From assembly GCA_965242925.1 (NCBI GenBank), contig CBDEUM010000013.1:160001-224000 (forward strand): a stretch of 64,000 bases of DNA, written 5' to 3'. The notes below the pieces were generated by a model that saw nothing but the letters and a program-made list of their open reading frames with translations, did no database searches and was not told the DNA's origin. The position numbers and the translations under genes were made by a program. This stretch comes from Roseibacillus sp. (GTDB lineage: Bacteria; Verrucomicrobiota; Verrucomicrobiia; Verrucomicrobiales; Akkermansiaceae). Of this stretch, positions 39,854 to 49,374 are shown in pieces. Each line of letters opens with the position of its first letter. Position 1 is the first letter of the stretch.

Positions 39854-39901
39854 CGGTAGTTCTTTCCGGGTTCAGCCTTTGCCAACTTGTAAGTTTTACC
39901 G
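39854..39901. promoter_or_regulatory. Paired putative enhancer (UAS) palindromes for a sigma-54 activator
   Basis: CGGTAGTTCTTTCCG (39854-39868) and TTGTAAGTTTTACCG (39887-39901), 33 bp apart, at about -117 to -164. Confidence 0.5.
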
Positions 39902-39989
39902 GGCCAACCGGCTCCCGCTGGGGAGCGGAGAACTCTGAGACCGGGCCCCTTGCCTCCGGGATTTCCGGGACCGGCGACAATAACCGGCC

Positions 39990-42059
39990 CTAGGAAACCA
40001 ATCCCATTTCGTGCAGGGCATACTCCACATCCGCGGGACGGAGGGGTTTGGGAAGATAGCCGTTCATCCCAGCCTTGCGACAGGTCTCACGGTCCGATTC
40101 AAGCACGTTGGCAGTCATCGCTATGATGGGAAGGTTGGCCGTGTTTCCGCCTCCCTGACCCGCCCGCACGAGACAGGCTGCCTCCACCCCGTCCACCTCC
40201 GGCATGTTCATGTCCATGAAGATGGCCTCGTAGTTCTGTCCCTGTTGCAGTTTCTCGAGCGCCTCGCGCCCATTGTCGGCGGTGTGTACCTGAAAGCCGA
40301 ACTTTGCCAGGATGAGAGTGGCGAGACGCGCATTGATCGGATTGTCCTCCGCCACCAGGATATAGCGGTCCCCGGCGGGCACGCATTCCTCCCCGGCATC
40401 GGGACTCAGGATCGGGCCGAGCGCCCGGAACATCTCCCGTTGCCGCACAGGCTTGAACAGGACCTGCCGATAACCTGCTGCCAGCGCGTGCTCCTTTTCC
40501 CCGCTCAACCGCGCGGAAGTGACGAGAATCATGGGCGGAAGCAGGGAGCCCGCGACCTCCGCCGCAAGACGGGCGAACTCCAGGCCGTCCATGGTGGGCA
40601 TCATCATGTCGCAGAAGATCACATCGTAGTGAACGCTGCCGAGTTGCCGCAGTCCGTGCTGGCCGCTCCCCACCACGTCGCTCTCCAGCCCCCACGAGAG
40701 CAGTCGCTTCTGCAGGAAGCGCTGGTTGATCTCGTTGTCATCGATGACGAGGGCCCGCTTGCCATGAAACTGCCCCTTGTCCTCGATCATCGCGAAGGGA
40801 CTGGATTCCCCCACTACAAGCGGAATGGTGAAACGAAACTCCGCTCCCTCTCCCATGTGCGAGGTGGCGCAAATTGTTCCACCCATGCGTTCCACCAGGC
40901 GTCTGCAGATGGCCAGGCCCAGCCCCGTGCCACCGAACTTCCTCGTGGTCGAGGCGTCCTCCTGCTGAAACGGCTCGAAGAGACTCTCCGCCTTGGACGG
41001 ATCAAATCCCACCCCGGTGTCGCGCACCGCAAGCTCAAGGAAGGGCCCCGGGACCACTCGGCCGTTCACGCTCACCACCCCCTTGGAGGTGAACTTGAGA
41101 GCGTTCGAGACGAGGTTGAGAAGAATCTGTTTCACCCGCGCCACATCCCCGACCACCACCTCAGGCGTTCCATCCATCATATCATAAGTGAGCTCGACAC
41201 CCTTCCCGGAGGCCTTGGCGGCATGGAGACCAAGCACTTCCTCGATGCAGTCGGTGAGTTCGAAGTCAACCTGTTCCAGGTCGAGGCACCCACTCTCGAT
41301 GCGCGAGAAATCGAGGAGGTCGTTGATGATGTTGAGCAGAAGGTCCCCACTCCGGTGGATGAGACCGAGATTCTCCCTCTGCTCTTCCGTGAGCTTGGAG
41401 TCGAGAAGCAACTCGGTGTAGCCGATGATCCCGTTGAGAGGGGTCCGGATCTCGTGACTCATCATGGCCAGGAACAGAGACTTGGCCCGCTCAGCCCGCT
41501 CCGCCTCCTCCTTGGCCAGGCTGATCTCCCTGACGGCCTTCACCCGTTCGGTGATGTCACGCACGATGCCGTGCACCAGGGTTCGACCCTCGTACTTCAC
41601 CCGGCCCCACACCACTTCCACCGGCAGGAGCGATCCATCCCCCCGCCGCAGCTGGGCCTCACTGCGGCTGTGTCCCGTGCGCTGAACATCGTTGAGAGCG
41701 GCCCCGGTCACCTGCCAGTTCATGAGCTGGGAGATGTACATCCCCCGCAGCTGCTCCCGCGAAAATCCGAACATGCGCACCGCGGTGTCGTTCACCTCCA
41801 TGAAGGCTCCGAAGCCGTCGAGCAGGATGATCCCGTCCACCGAGGCGTTGAAGAAGACCTTGAACTTTTCGTCGTCGCGACCCTGCAACTGCCAGCCCTG
41901 CTCCTGAGCACGGCGGCCAAGCTGCTCCTTCACGCGCGCGAGCTCCCCGGCAAATCCCTCAAGCTGCTGCTGGGCCTCGTGGCGAGCAGCCAGCTCGACT
42001 TCATAAAGCCGTCGCCATTCGGAGGCCTCGTCCAGGAGCTCGCGTTGGGCCTTCCTCAC
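39990..42059 (-). CDS. Cytoplasmic hybrid sensor histidine kinase (coiled coil-PAS-HisKA-HATPase-REC-REC)
   Basis: FLAMMSHEIRTPLNG, QILLNLVSNALKFT, DTGVG, GGTGLGL, two receivers (CDMMMP, MDMNMP); no TM segment. Confidence 0.93.
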   Translation of the reverse strand: MRKAQRELLDEASEWRRLYEVELAARHEAQQQLEGFAGELARVKEQLGRRAQEQGWQLQGRDDEKFKVFFNASVDGIILLDGFGAFMEVNDTAVRMFGFSREQLRGMYISQLMNWQVTGAALNDVQRTGHSRSEAQLRRGDGSLLPVEVVWGRVKYEGRTLVHGIVRDITERVKAVREISLAKEEAERAERAKSLFLAMMSHEIRTPLNGIIGYTELLLDSKLTEEQRENLGLIHRSGDLLLNIINDLLDFSRIESGCLDLEQVDFELTDCIEEVLGLHAAKASGKGVELTYDMMDGTPEVVVGDVARVKQILLNLVSNALKFTSKGVVSVNGRVVPGPFLELAVRDTGVGFDPSKAESLFEPFQQEDASTTRKFGGTGLGLAICRRLVERMGGTICATSHMGEGAEFRFTIPLVVGESSPFAMIEDKGQFHGKRALVIDDNEINQRFLQKRLLSWGLESDVVGSGQHGLRQLGSVHYDVIFCDMMMPTMDGLEFARLAAEVAGSLLPPMILVTSARLSGEKEHALAAGYRQVLFKPVRQREMFRALGPILSPDAGEECVPAGDRYILVAEDNPINARLATLILAKFGFQVHTADNGREALEKLQQGQNYEAIFMDMNMPEVDGVEAACLVRAGQGGGNTANLPIIAMTANVLESDRETCRKAGMNGYLPKPLRPADVEYALHEMGLVS

Positions 42060-43411
42060 ATTAATCCGTGCCGCTTCAGCTTGTTGTAGACCGACTTCTC
42101 CGTGATCTCCAGACGACGGGCCGTCTCCGCCTTGTTCCCGTTGCAGAGCTTCAGGGTCTGGATCAACGACTCCCGTTCCAGGTCGGACAGGGCGATGCCC
42201 CCGATCCCGGCCGGAACCCGCCCCGAGGGCTCGCTTCCGCGCACCGCACCCGGCAGATCCTTCAATTCAACAACCCCTCCCTCGCAGAAGGCCGCCGAAC
42301 GCTCGAGGACGTTCTCGAGCTGGCGCACGTTCCCGGGCCAGTCATAGGCCTGCATGGCCGCGACTGCTTCCCTGGAAAGTTTCACGTTCCGGCGCCCACC
42401 CCGTTGCGCGATGCGCTTGAGCATGACGTCACTCAGTCCCCGCAGCTCCTCCAGGCGTTCGCGCAGGGGAGGAACTTCTATAGGAATGACACTCAGCCGG
42501 TAAAAGAGATCCTCCCGGAACTGCCCTTCCTTCATGCGCTGCTCAAGATCGAGGTTGGTGGCCGCGATGACGCGGACGTCAGCCTCCAGGTTCTCCTCCC
42601 CGCCCAGTCGCTGGAATTGACGTTCCTGCAGGACATTGAGGAGCTTGGGCTGCAGATCGATGGGCAAGTCTCCGATTTCATCGAGGAAGAGCGTGCCTCC
42701 CCTTGCCATCTCGATCTTGCCTCGCCGGCGGCGCACCGCACCCGTGAAAGCACCCTTTTCATGTCCAAAGAGTTCGCTTTCCAGGAGCTCACGCGGAAGG
42801 GTGGGACAGCTCACCGTCACGAAGGGCTGATCCCCCCGGCCGCTGTTGGCATGAATGTGGCGGGCTAGCATGCCCTTGCCCACTCCGCTCTCCCCGGTCA
42901 ACAGGATGGTCGAGTCAAGGGAGGCCACCTTGGTAGCCTGGGAAACCACTTCCTGCATCGACTCCGAGTCGGCCACGATTTCCACTGCGGGCCCCCTCCC
43001 TCCGATCGCTTCCCGCAGCTGTTCGTTCTCCCGCTCCGCAGCGCGCAGTCGCCGGGCATTGCGGAGAACCGCCAGTAACTCCTCCGGGTCGAAGGGCTTG
43101 GTCAGGTAGTCGAGGGCCCCAAGTTTCATCGCCCTCACCGCATCGGACGCTTCGTCCACCGAGGTGAGCACTACCGCCGGCAGGCCCGGATGCTCCTGCG
43201 CCAGGCGCTCCAGCGCGCCAAAGCCGTCGAGGACCGGCATTTGGAGATCCAGCAGCACCACATCCGTGTCGTCGTTGACGAGATCGAGGGCCTCCGCGCC
43301 ATTTTCGGCGGACTGCACCGTGAAACCGCCCCGCTCGGCCTGCATCGTCAGCAGGTTCCGCACAGTTTCGTCGTCGTCAGCGACGACCAGATGGGGTGTC
43401 TCTTCAGACAT
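42056..43411 (-). CDS. Sigma-54-dependent response regulator (REC-AAA+-Fis HTH; NtrC/AtoC/LuxO type)
   Basis: LLDLQMP receiver, [49 protein letters not shown]. Confidence 0.95.
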   Translation of the reverse strand: MSEETPHLVVADDDETVRNLLTMQAERGGFTVQSAENGAEALDLVNDDTDVVLLDLQMPVLDGFGALERLAQEHPGLPAVVLTSVDEASDAVRAMKLGALDYLTKPFDPEELLAVLRNARRLRAAERENEQLREAIGGRGPAVEIVADSESMQEVVSQATKVASLDSTILLTGESGVGKGMLARHIHANSGRGDQPFVTVSCPTLPRELLESELFGHEKGAFTGAVRRRRGKIEMARGGTLFLDEIGDLPIDLQPKLLNVLQERQFQRLGGEENLEADVRVIAATNLDLEQRMKEGQFREDLFYRLSVIPIEVPPLRERLEELRGLSDVMLKRIAQRGGRRNVKLSREAVAAMQAYDWPGNVRQLENVLERSAAFCEGGVVELKDLPGAVRGSEPSGRVPAGIGGIALSDLERESLIQTLKLCNGNKAETARRLEITEKSVYNKLKRHGLM

Positions 43412-43573
43412 TTAGGATATCTTAACTATTCCTGCGGGAGATGCCCACCACAATTTCCCCGGCCGTAATGGCCTGATCCCCCGGAAATCTGCCCGTTCTC
43501 CGCGAAAGGGCTCCCCTTGATCCACCCGCCTCTTACTCTTTCCCCGCGGCCCCCTGGTCCGTATGGTGTCCGC

Positions 43574-43912
43574 GTGGCCCTTCTCGATCCTGTCCAACTC
43601 GACGCCATGGCCTCCGGCAGGCCCGAACTCCTCCTGCCGATCGTGAGCGACTTTGAAATGCACGGGCGCGGACAGTTGTCGAACCTGCACGCTGCCCTCA
43701 CCCAGGGCCGCCTTGAGGACGGCAAGAGCATCCTCCATCAACTCAAGGGCGCCTCCGGCACCATGGGCATGATCCAATTTCAGGAACTCTGCCGGGAATG
43801 CGAGGAAGAGCTGACCACCGGCCAGATCCCTCCCCGCCTTGCGGAACTCGGCCCCCTCCTCCTCGAATCGGTGGCCGGAGCCAGCGCCCACCTCCGGGGA
43901 GAAGTCTCTTAG
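43574..43912 (+). CDS. Stand-alone Hpt phosphotransfer protein
   Basis: LHQLKGASGTMG Hpt motif, LCRECEE; divergent from the regulator; start placed at GTG 43574. Confidence 0.88.
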   Translation: MALLDPVQLDAMASGRPELLLPIVSDFEMHGRGQLSNLHAALTQGRLEDGKSILHQLKGASGTMGMIQFQELCRECEEELTTGQIPPRLAELGPLLLESVAGASAHLRGEVS

Positions 43913-43925
43913 GCTACACAGCCCG

Positions 43926-46484
43926 TCAGTCCCCGCCCCTGGCCGCGGCGACCGAGTTCACGGTGGCATAGACGGTCTGACGGATCGGACTCCCATCGGC
44001 CGCCACCACGTCCACCGCAATCTCCAGTGGCAAGTTGACTCGCACCTTCACATCGCCCGACTCCTTATCCCTGGTCGTGCGGTGGATGAGATCCTCCTTC
44101 GCAATTCCAGGAATCGTGATCAGCACCCTCCGCTTCCCTTCCAGCTTCACTGCCGCAGCTGGGCTGGCAATCCCCTGCGATGCCTTCTTCTCGTTACTCG
44201 CCCGCCCCACCCCGATGTTCTCCCGAATCACCGACTTCGCATCGAGATCACAGGCAAAGGTCAACCGAATCCCCTCCCCGGTGACCTGTGCGCCGCAAAC
44301 CGCGTGGCAGGAATCACCGGTATATCGCAACCGGTAGATCGCCCCATCCCGGGGGGCCCTCGTATCCCATCCCTTGTGACAGGCTATGTACACCTGGCCA
44401 TCAACCGGGTTCACCCGGGGACGCATGGCCCCTGAGACCAGGTCATAGGGAAACCGGATCGCAAAGCCGTTGGGATAGGGCGCGACATCCTCGATCAGGC
44501 AATAGAACACCGAGCACAAGCTGTAGGAGGTGTGTATCACCGCCCCCCCCAACGGCCCCCAGCCACGCTCCCTGCTCTGGCACTGGCCCCCGCTGGAACT
44601 GTCCACCCCCGGGGGAAGAACCACCAGCATCGGGGTAGTGCGCTCCTGCTCGAAGCCGTAGCGGACACCTTCCCTCGCAAGCATGAAGCCATTGAATACT
44701 GCTTTCCCGCTCGGATTATCCGCCACCGTGATCCCCTGCGCGATCGAGCCCAGGCCATTGGGATTACGAAGATCCCTCCCGATAAAGGACGATCTCTTCC
44801 CGTCCGGACTCACTTTCACAACCGCCCCCGTAAGCGGCGATTTATAACCACTCTGGGAATAATAGAAATTTCCCTCCGGGTCACATTGCAGGTCGTAGAC
44901 AAAAGCGTGGTAACTCGCCCCGATCTCATGGGAGTCCTCGTGGAAACTCTCGTAGTAGTCCGCCTCCCCGTCCCCGTTGAGATCGTGCAGGCGCGTGATG
45001 CGATCCCGTCCCCGCACGTGGACCAGTTCATCCACCACCTTCAACCCCAGCGGCTCATACAGACCCGCGGCAAAGCGTGACCATCGCAACGCTCCACCCG
45101 GCCCCTTCTCCGCGGTCACGATCCAGACATCCCCGCTCAAGGTGGAAACCGCCATGCGGCCATCCTGGAAAAAATCCATCGCGGAGATGCGCATCCAGCT
45201 CCCGTAGGGATTGGCAAAGGGCACCGTCAACAAATCAGCGGCATAACCCTCGAGCGGCTTGCCGGGAGCCACCGCGGTCTGTAATTCGATCGGCCAGCGA
45301 CGGGGTCCCCCGTCGAGCAAGCTCTGGAGAGGAATGGTTTCACCCCCCGGTTGCTCAACGTCCTCCGGGGAGAGACGAACTGCCAGCTCCGTTGCCTTCG
45401 GCGAAGGCGCAATGGCTATCCAGCGCGCGCCATCCGCCCCGGAGACAACCTTCGCCGCACCCTGCAGGGTCTCCAGTCCCACCTCGAGGCGCTTGTCCCG
45501 GGCCGCCAGGCAGTAAACCGTTCTAGTCCCCGGCCCCACTTCCAGCACTCGCGTGATCACCTTCCCGCCATTCGACACGCTCGGCAACTCGCGCACCTCA
45601 CGGCCTCCCACCTCGTAGCCGAGCACCACCCGCCGTCCATGCAGGTGCACTCCCTTGAAACGGAGATGCCCCCACCTGTTGTCGTCGGTCACCTCCGGCG
45701 AATCAACCGTCCAGCCGATACGATCCACATCGTGATAAAGCACCTCCCCACCCGGCATGACAGGCCGCCCGCCCTTGTAGCTCGTGTGGTGGGTCTCACT
45801 GGTGTCCGCGAGGCTGCCCCTCCAGATCCCGCTCACCGAGAGACGGGCCGCATCATAACAGATGACCTGGTCCCCGGGCAGGTCGACAATCAGGGCCTTC
45901 TCGGTCGTGTTCTCGATCTGCGCAGCGTTCCTGTCCTGGATGGAGCCGTAGGCCACGGCGTGCTGCAGGAACGGTCCATAACGCATCCGGGTTCCCCCGC
46001 TTCCATCGATCATCCCCGGGGCAACCTGCACCTGGTTTTCGAGCTGGCCCTGCGCGACCCCGTCCGCAGCGGCACGCTCATTCAAGCCTTCGTAGTAGGC
46101 CTCGTCGGGCTCAAAATACTGCCCGGGATTCCTCTCCCGGATAATCTCCTCCCGCAGGTGATGCACGACCTCGTAACGCTCCTTCGGGCTCAGCACCGCG
46201 TCCCATCGGAACATGAGACCGTTTCCGTAACTGATCGTTTTCCAGAGGGAGTAGGGATCACTTCCAAACTTCAGCTCATCCACCGCAAAACGCCGCGCCA
46301 GCGGGTTGACCGCAAGGTCCCCCTCCTTCCCATGGCAGGACGCACAATGCAGGGCATAGAGAGCCCGACCCGCCTTCACCTCACCATCCCCTAACGCCCT
46401 GATGGTCTCCTCGTGATCAATTCCTTCCGCGGCCTTCGACCAGCCGGACATCAAAATCGTGAGACAAACGAGGCGGACAATCAT
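43926..46484 (-). CDS. Exported c-type cytochrome plus DUF6797-like and beta-propeller domain protein
   Basis: Signal peptide, GRALYALHCASCHG, TISYGNGLM, propeller motifs SGDVW, FAAGLYEPLG, LHDLNGDGEADYYE, LRNPNG. Confidence 0.8.
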   Translation of the reverse strand: MIVRLVCLTILMSGWSKAAEGIDHEETIRALGDGEVKAGRALYALHCASCHGKEGDLAVNPLARRFAVDELKFGSDPYSLWKTISYGNGLMFRWDAVLSPKERYEVVHHLREEIIRERNPGQYFEPDEAYYEGLNERAAADGVAQGQLENQVQVAPGMIDGSGGTRMRYGPFLQHAVAYGSIQDRNAAQIENTTEKALIVDLPGDQVICYDAARLSVSGIWRGSLADTSETHHTSYKGGRPVMPGGEVLYHDVDRIGWTVDSPEVTDDNRWGHLRFKGVHLHGRRVVLGYEVGGREVRELPSVSNGGKVITRVLEVGPGTRTVYCLAARDKRLEVGLETLQGAAKVVSGADGARWIAIAPSPKATELAVRLSPEDVEQPGGETIPLQSLLDGGPRRWPIELQTAVAPGKPLEGYAADLLTVPFANPYGSWMRISAMDFFQDGRMAVSTLSGDVWIVTAEKGPGGALRWSRFAAGLYEPLGLKVVDELVHVRGRDRITRLHDLNGDGEADYYESFHEDSHEIGASYHAFVYDLQCDPEGNFYYSQSGYKSPLTGAVVKVSPDGKRSSFIGRDLRNPNGLGSIAQGITVADNPSGKAVFNGFMLAREGVRYGFEQERTTPMLVVLPPGVDSSSGGQCQSRERGWGPLGGAVIHTSYSLCSVFYCLIEDVAPYPNGFAIRFPYDLVSGAMRPRVNPVDGQVYIACHKGWDTRAPRDGAIYRLRYTGDSCHAVCGAQVTGEGIRLTFACDLDAKSVIRENIGVGRASNEKKASQGIASPAAAVKLEGKRRVLITIPGIAKEDLIHRTTRDKESGDVKVRVNLPLEIAVDVVAADGSPIRQTVYATVNSVAAARGGD

Positions 46485-46654
46485 TTTGATCGACTCATAC
46501 GACCGAATGCACGCCTTCTGACAAGCGCAATCCTCCTCCCGCTGCACCTTCCATTCCCCCGCAAAAAAGCCTGCATGACCCCGGGAATACAGGCTTCGGG
46601 GGCTTGTTATTGAATTCCTGCCGAAAATAGGCATCTTCCCGCCCCCCTTACATC

Positions 46655-49360
46655 ATGACCCGACAACTGCTAGTCACCCTGGCCGTCCTTGTCAGCCAGT
46701 TCCCCTCCCTGCACGCCAACGAAGCCCACCTCCTCCAGTGCGGCCACTGCGCGATGATGGCGCGCCTGCAGGCTCGACAACTGGCGGCCGAGGACAAGGG
46801 TAAGGCCCCGCAGAACAGCTACGCGCCCGACCGCTTCGTCGACGTCCGGCACCTCAAGCTCGAAGTCACCCCCGACTTCAAGGAGCGCTCCCTCACTGCC
46901 ACTGCCATCCTCGACTTCCAGCCCATCGCCAAGCCCCTCAAGCAATGGCGCCTCAACGCGGTGGGCCTGAACATTCACGAGGTCACTTCCCCGCAGGCCA
47001 TCCAGGCCACCCAGAGCAGCGACAAGCACCTTGAGATCACCTTCGTGGAGCCGGTGGCTGCCGGCACCAGGACCCAGGTCACCATCACCTACGACGTCAC
47101 CCCCAAGAGGGGGCTCTACTTCCGCACCGCGGAGATGGGCTACCCGGCCGGCGACACCCAGCTCTGGACCCAGGGAGAACCCGAAGATCACCAACACTGG
47201 TTCCCCAGCCATGACTATCCCAACGAGAAATTCACCACCGAGGTGATCTGCCATGTCCCCGAGGGCATGGAGGCCCTCTCCAACGGACGCCTGCTGTCCC
47301 ACAAGAAAAACGAGGAGACCGGCCTGGTGGCCTTCCACTGGCTCCAGGACAAGGTCCACGTCAACTACCTCGTCACCCTCCTCGCCGGCTACTTCGCCAA
47401 GATGGAGGACCAGCACGGCGACCTTCCCGTCGCCCTCTACGTCCCTCCCTCCGAGAAGGACCAGCTGGCCAACACCTTTCAGGACACCATCAGGATCCTC
47501 GACTACTTCGAAAAGGAAATCGGAGTCCCCTATCCCTGGGACAAGTACTACAACGCCTGCGCCATCGATTACATGATGGGCGGAATGGAGAACACGAGCC
47601 TGACCACCCTGACCTCGCGCACCCTCTTCACCGACGCCACCGAGAACCTGCGCAGCAGCCGCGGCCTCGATGCCCACGAGATCGCCCACCAGTGGTTCGG
47701 CGACCTCGTCACCTGCCGCGACTGGAGTCATCTCTGGCTCAACGAGGGCTTCGCAACCTACTACTCGCTGCTCTACGACCGGGAACTGCTGGGCAACGAC
47801 CACTTCAAGCACGGCCTCCACGGCAGTGCGCGCGGGATCTTCAACCACGACAAGGACACCACCCCCATGGTCCACACGGGCTACAGCAATCCCATGCAGC
47901 AGTTCAGCTTCCGGGCCTATCCGAAGGGATCCTGGATCCTCCACATGCTGCGCTCCGAACTGGGAGAGGACCTCTACCGGGAATGCGTGAAGACCTACCT
48001 CGAACGCCACCGCTACAAAACCGCGGTCACCCAGGACCTCGTCGAGATCTTCGAGGAACTCAGCGGGCGGTCCCTCTCGCAGTTCTTCGACCAGTGGGTC
48101 TACCTCTCGGGCTATCCCGAGCTCAAGGTGCAGTATTCGTGGGACGAACTGACCAGGCAGGCCAAGCTCTCCATCACCCAGGTCCAGATGACCAACGAGA
48201 AGCGCCCCTTCTTCCGCTTCAACCTGCCAGTCAAGTTCGTGGTCGGGGACAAGACCGAACTCCGCACCATCGAGATCTCGAGGGAACGTGAGGATTTCTA
48301 CCTCACCCTCGAGGCCGCCCCCAGGGTGGTGCGCTTCGACCCCGAAGTGACCGTCCTCGCCAAGGTCAACTTCGAGCCCAACGAGAAGATGCTCCTCGCC
48401 CAGCTGGCGGACCAGGACGACGTCATCGGTCGCCTCCTCGCGGTCCAGCAACTGGCCAGGAAGAAAAACAAGGTGACCCTCGAACAACTTGGCAGGATCC
48501 TCCAGGAAGATCCCTTCTTTGCCGTGCGCCAGGCCGCCGCCGACGGACTGGCGGCCATGCGCACCCCGGAATCCTTCGCCGCCCTGCAGGGTGCCCTCGA
48601 CCAACCCGACGCCCGGGTGCGCCAGTCGGTGGTGCGCGGCCTCACCAGGTTCTACAGCGACGAGGCCTACAACGCCCTGAAGGGCGTCGCGGACCGGGAG
48701 GCCAACCCGGACATCCGGACCACCGCCATCAGCGGCATCGGTTCCTATGCCAGGCCCGAGCTGCGTCCCTACCTCGTTGGACTGCTCCCCTCCGACTCCT
48801 ACCAGAACCGTATCGCGGGCGAGGCCATCGCCGCCATGCGCAAGCAGGACGATGCCTTCTACGTCGAACCTCTCCTGCGCCACCTCCAGAAGTCGGAAGC
48901 CACCTTCCCGAGCCGGGGATTCGCCCAGGCCTTGAAAACGCTGGCCTACCTCGCCCGCCACGAGGACAACAGGGATGCGGTCCGCGACTTTCTCCTCGGG
49001 CACGTCGACCACCTCAAAGACTCGGTGGCCACCGCCGCCATGGCGGCCCTCGGGGAACTGCGCGACGCCCGGGCCATCCCGGTCCTCACCACCTTCGTGG
49101 CCGCCGACTCCGAGTCCCCCCACGGTAAGGCGGCCCAGTCCGCCATCGACCAGATCCGCAAGAACGAAGCCCCCGGCAAGGCTCCGGCCGAGGTCAACCG
49201 CCTCCGCGGCCAGGTCCAGGACCTCGAAAAACAGCTGAAGGGACTCTCCGAGGAACTGAAAACCCTGCAGGCCCGATTCAAGGAATCCCTCCCGCCTCCT
49301 CCAGACAAGGAGCAGGATGCCAAGGAAAAGAAACCGCCTCCTGCCGCTGAAAAAAAGTAG
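46655..49360 (+). CDS. M1-family aminopeptidase N with C-terminal HEAT repeats and coiled coil
   Basis: GGMEN, HEIAHQWFGD..WLNEGFA zinc motif, AYPKGSWILHMLR. Confidence 0.93.
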   Translation: MTRQLLVTLAVLVSQFPSLHANEAHLLQCGHCAMMARLQARQLAAEDKGKAPQNSYAPDRFVDVRHLKLEVTPDFKERSLTATAILDFQPIAKPLKQWRLNAVGLNIHEVTSPQAIQATQSSDKHLEITFVEPVAAGTRTQVTITYDVTPKRGLYFRTAEMGYPAGDTQLWTQGEPEDHQHWFPSHDYPNEKFTTEVICHVPEGMEALSNGRLLSHKKNEETGLVAFHWLQDKVHVNYLVTLLAGYFAKMEDQHGDLPVALYVPPSEKDQLANTFQDTIRILDYFEKEIGVPYPWDKYYNACAIDYMMGGMENTSLTTLTSRTLFTDATENLRSSRGLDAHEIAHQWFGDLVTCRDWSHLWLNEGFATYYSLLYDRELLGNDHFKHGLHGSARGIFNHDKDTTPMVHTGYSNPMQQFSFRAYPKGSWILHMLRSELGEDLYRECVKTYLERHRYKTAVTQDLVEIFEELSGRSLSQFFDQWVYLSGYPELKVQYSWDELTRQAKLSITQVQMTNEKRPFFRFNLPVKFVVGDKTELRTIEISREREDFYLTLEAAPRVVRFDPEVTVLAKVNFEPNEKMLLAQLADQDDVIGRLLAVQQLARKKNKVTLEQLGRILQEDPFFAVRQAAADGLAAMRTPESFAALQGALDQPDARVRQSVVRGLTRFYSDEAYNALKGVADREANPDIRTTAISGIGSYARPELRPYLVGLLPSDSYQNRIAGEAIAAMRKQDDAFYVEPLLRHLQKSEATFPSRGFAQALKTLAYLARHEDNRDAVRDFLLGHVDHLKDSVATAAMAALGELRDARAIPVLTTFVAADSESPHGKAAQSAIDQIRKNEAPGKAPAEVNRLRGQVQDLEKQLKGLSEELKTLQARFKESLPPPPDKEQDAKEKKPPPAAEKK

Positions 49361-49374
49361 CTCCTGCGCCTTCG

